Assembly: GCA_045544195.1 (NCBI GenBank)
Contig: JAZPYO010000040.1
Coordinates: forward strand, 15,247 to 79,246
Direction of reading: 5' to 3'
DNA length: 64,000 nucleotides
DNA from: Eubacteriales bacterium
GTDB lineage: Bacteria > Bacillota > Clostridia > Oscillospirales > CAG-272
This document shows, piece after piece, positions 63,650 through 64,000 of the stretch (its first letter is position 1; the number at the start of each line of letters is the position of its first letter). The notes under the pieces are model-generated. The model saw nothing but the letters and a program-made list of their open reading frames with translations, had not been told where the DNA came from and ran no database searches. The position numbers and the translations under genes are program-made.

Positions 63650-64000
63650 ATGAGTTATTCTATTTTTTTAAAAAAAGTAAGTATTGGCGGGAAAATGCTC
63701 TATCCCGACACTAATTTAATTATCAAGGAACGTGGAATAACCGTAATAGTCGGAAACAACGGTTGCGGGAAAACCACCTTGCTTAATCAGATATTGTATA
63801 CCAATCCAGAATCCGTGTTGCTGATAGCTCAGGAAAATGACCTGATTTTTGATAACAAGTCTATTGAAGAAAATATTATCCTTTTTAACGGTGTATCGGC
63901 ATATATGCACGAATTGTTGCGAAATTTTGATATGGAATACATCTTAACCAGAAAGCCGTCACAACTTAGCGGCGGAGAAAAAAGAATTATTTCCCTTCTC
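63650..64000 (+). CDS. ABC transporter ATP-binding protein (3'-truncated by the window; absent from the ORF track)
   Basis: Manual translation MSYSIFLKK...IVGNNGCGKTTLL...SQLSGGEKRIISL. Confidence 0.85.
   Translation, partial: MSYSIFLKKVSIGGKMLYPDTNLIIKERGITVIVGNNGCGKTTLLNQILYTNPESVLLIAQENDLIFDNKSIEENIILFNGVSAYMHELLRNFDMEYILTRKPSQLSGGEKRIISLL

Overview
Chromosomal segment of a low-GC Gram-positive bacterium, most likely Clostridia (inferred from gene content, sigma-A promoters, a CIRCE element and a T-box). A long minus-strand housekeeping run (trmH-like, dprA, topA, trmFO, plsX, rnc, radical SAM, smc, ftsY, rdgB, yhbY, nadD, yqeK, rsfS, leuS, rpsU) and groESL are interleaved with accessory modules. 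Main points of interest: (1) three exported EEP-superfamily phosphoesterases sharing a 'GH20-domain-2-like + EEP' module, two of them large paralogs with ricin-lectin domains at opposite ends of the window; (2) an IS3/IS150 element inserted into the hairpin loop of a roughly 240-bp structured element with terminal inverted repeats that carries a GTAG REP doublet; (3) a Trp T-box-controlled stand-alone trpB coupled to an inositol-monophosphatase/HAD fusion; (4) a macrodomain-HTH/vWA cassette with a candidate operator; (5) a BlaI/BlaR1 pair with a non-penicillin-binding, RsiV-like sensor and two operators; (6) an orphan HPr-kinase-like protein behind rpsU; (7) a short KdpDE-like system upstream of Na/Pi and anion transporters; (8) a decayed group IIC intron fragment next to a promoter and a leaderless short ORF. 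No tRNA, rRNA or CRISPR array was seen. All family calls come from motif recognition by eye; no database searches were run.
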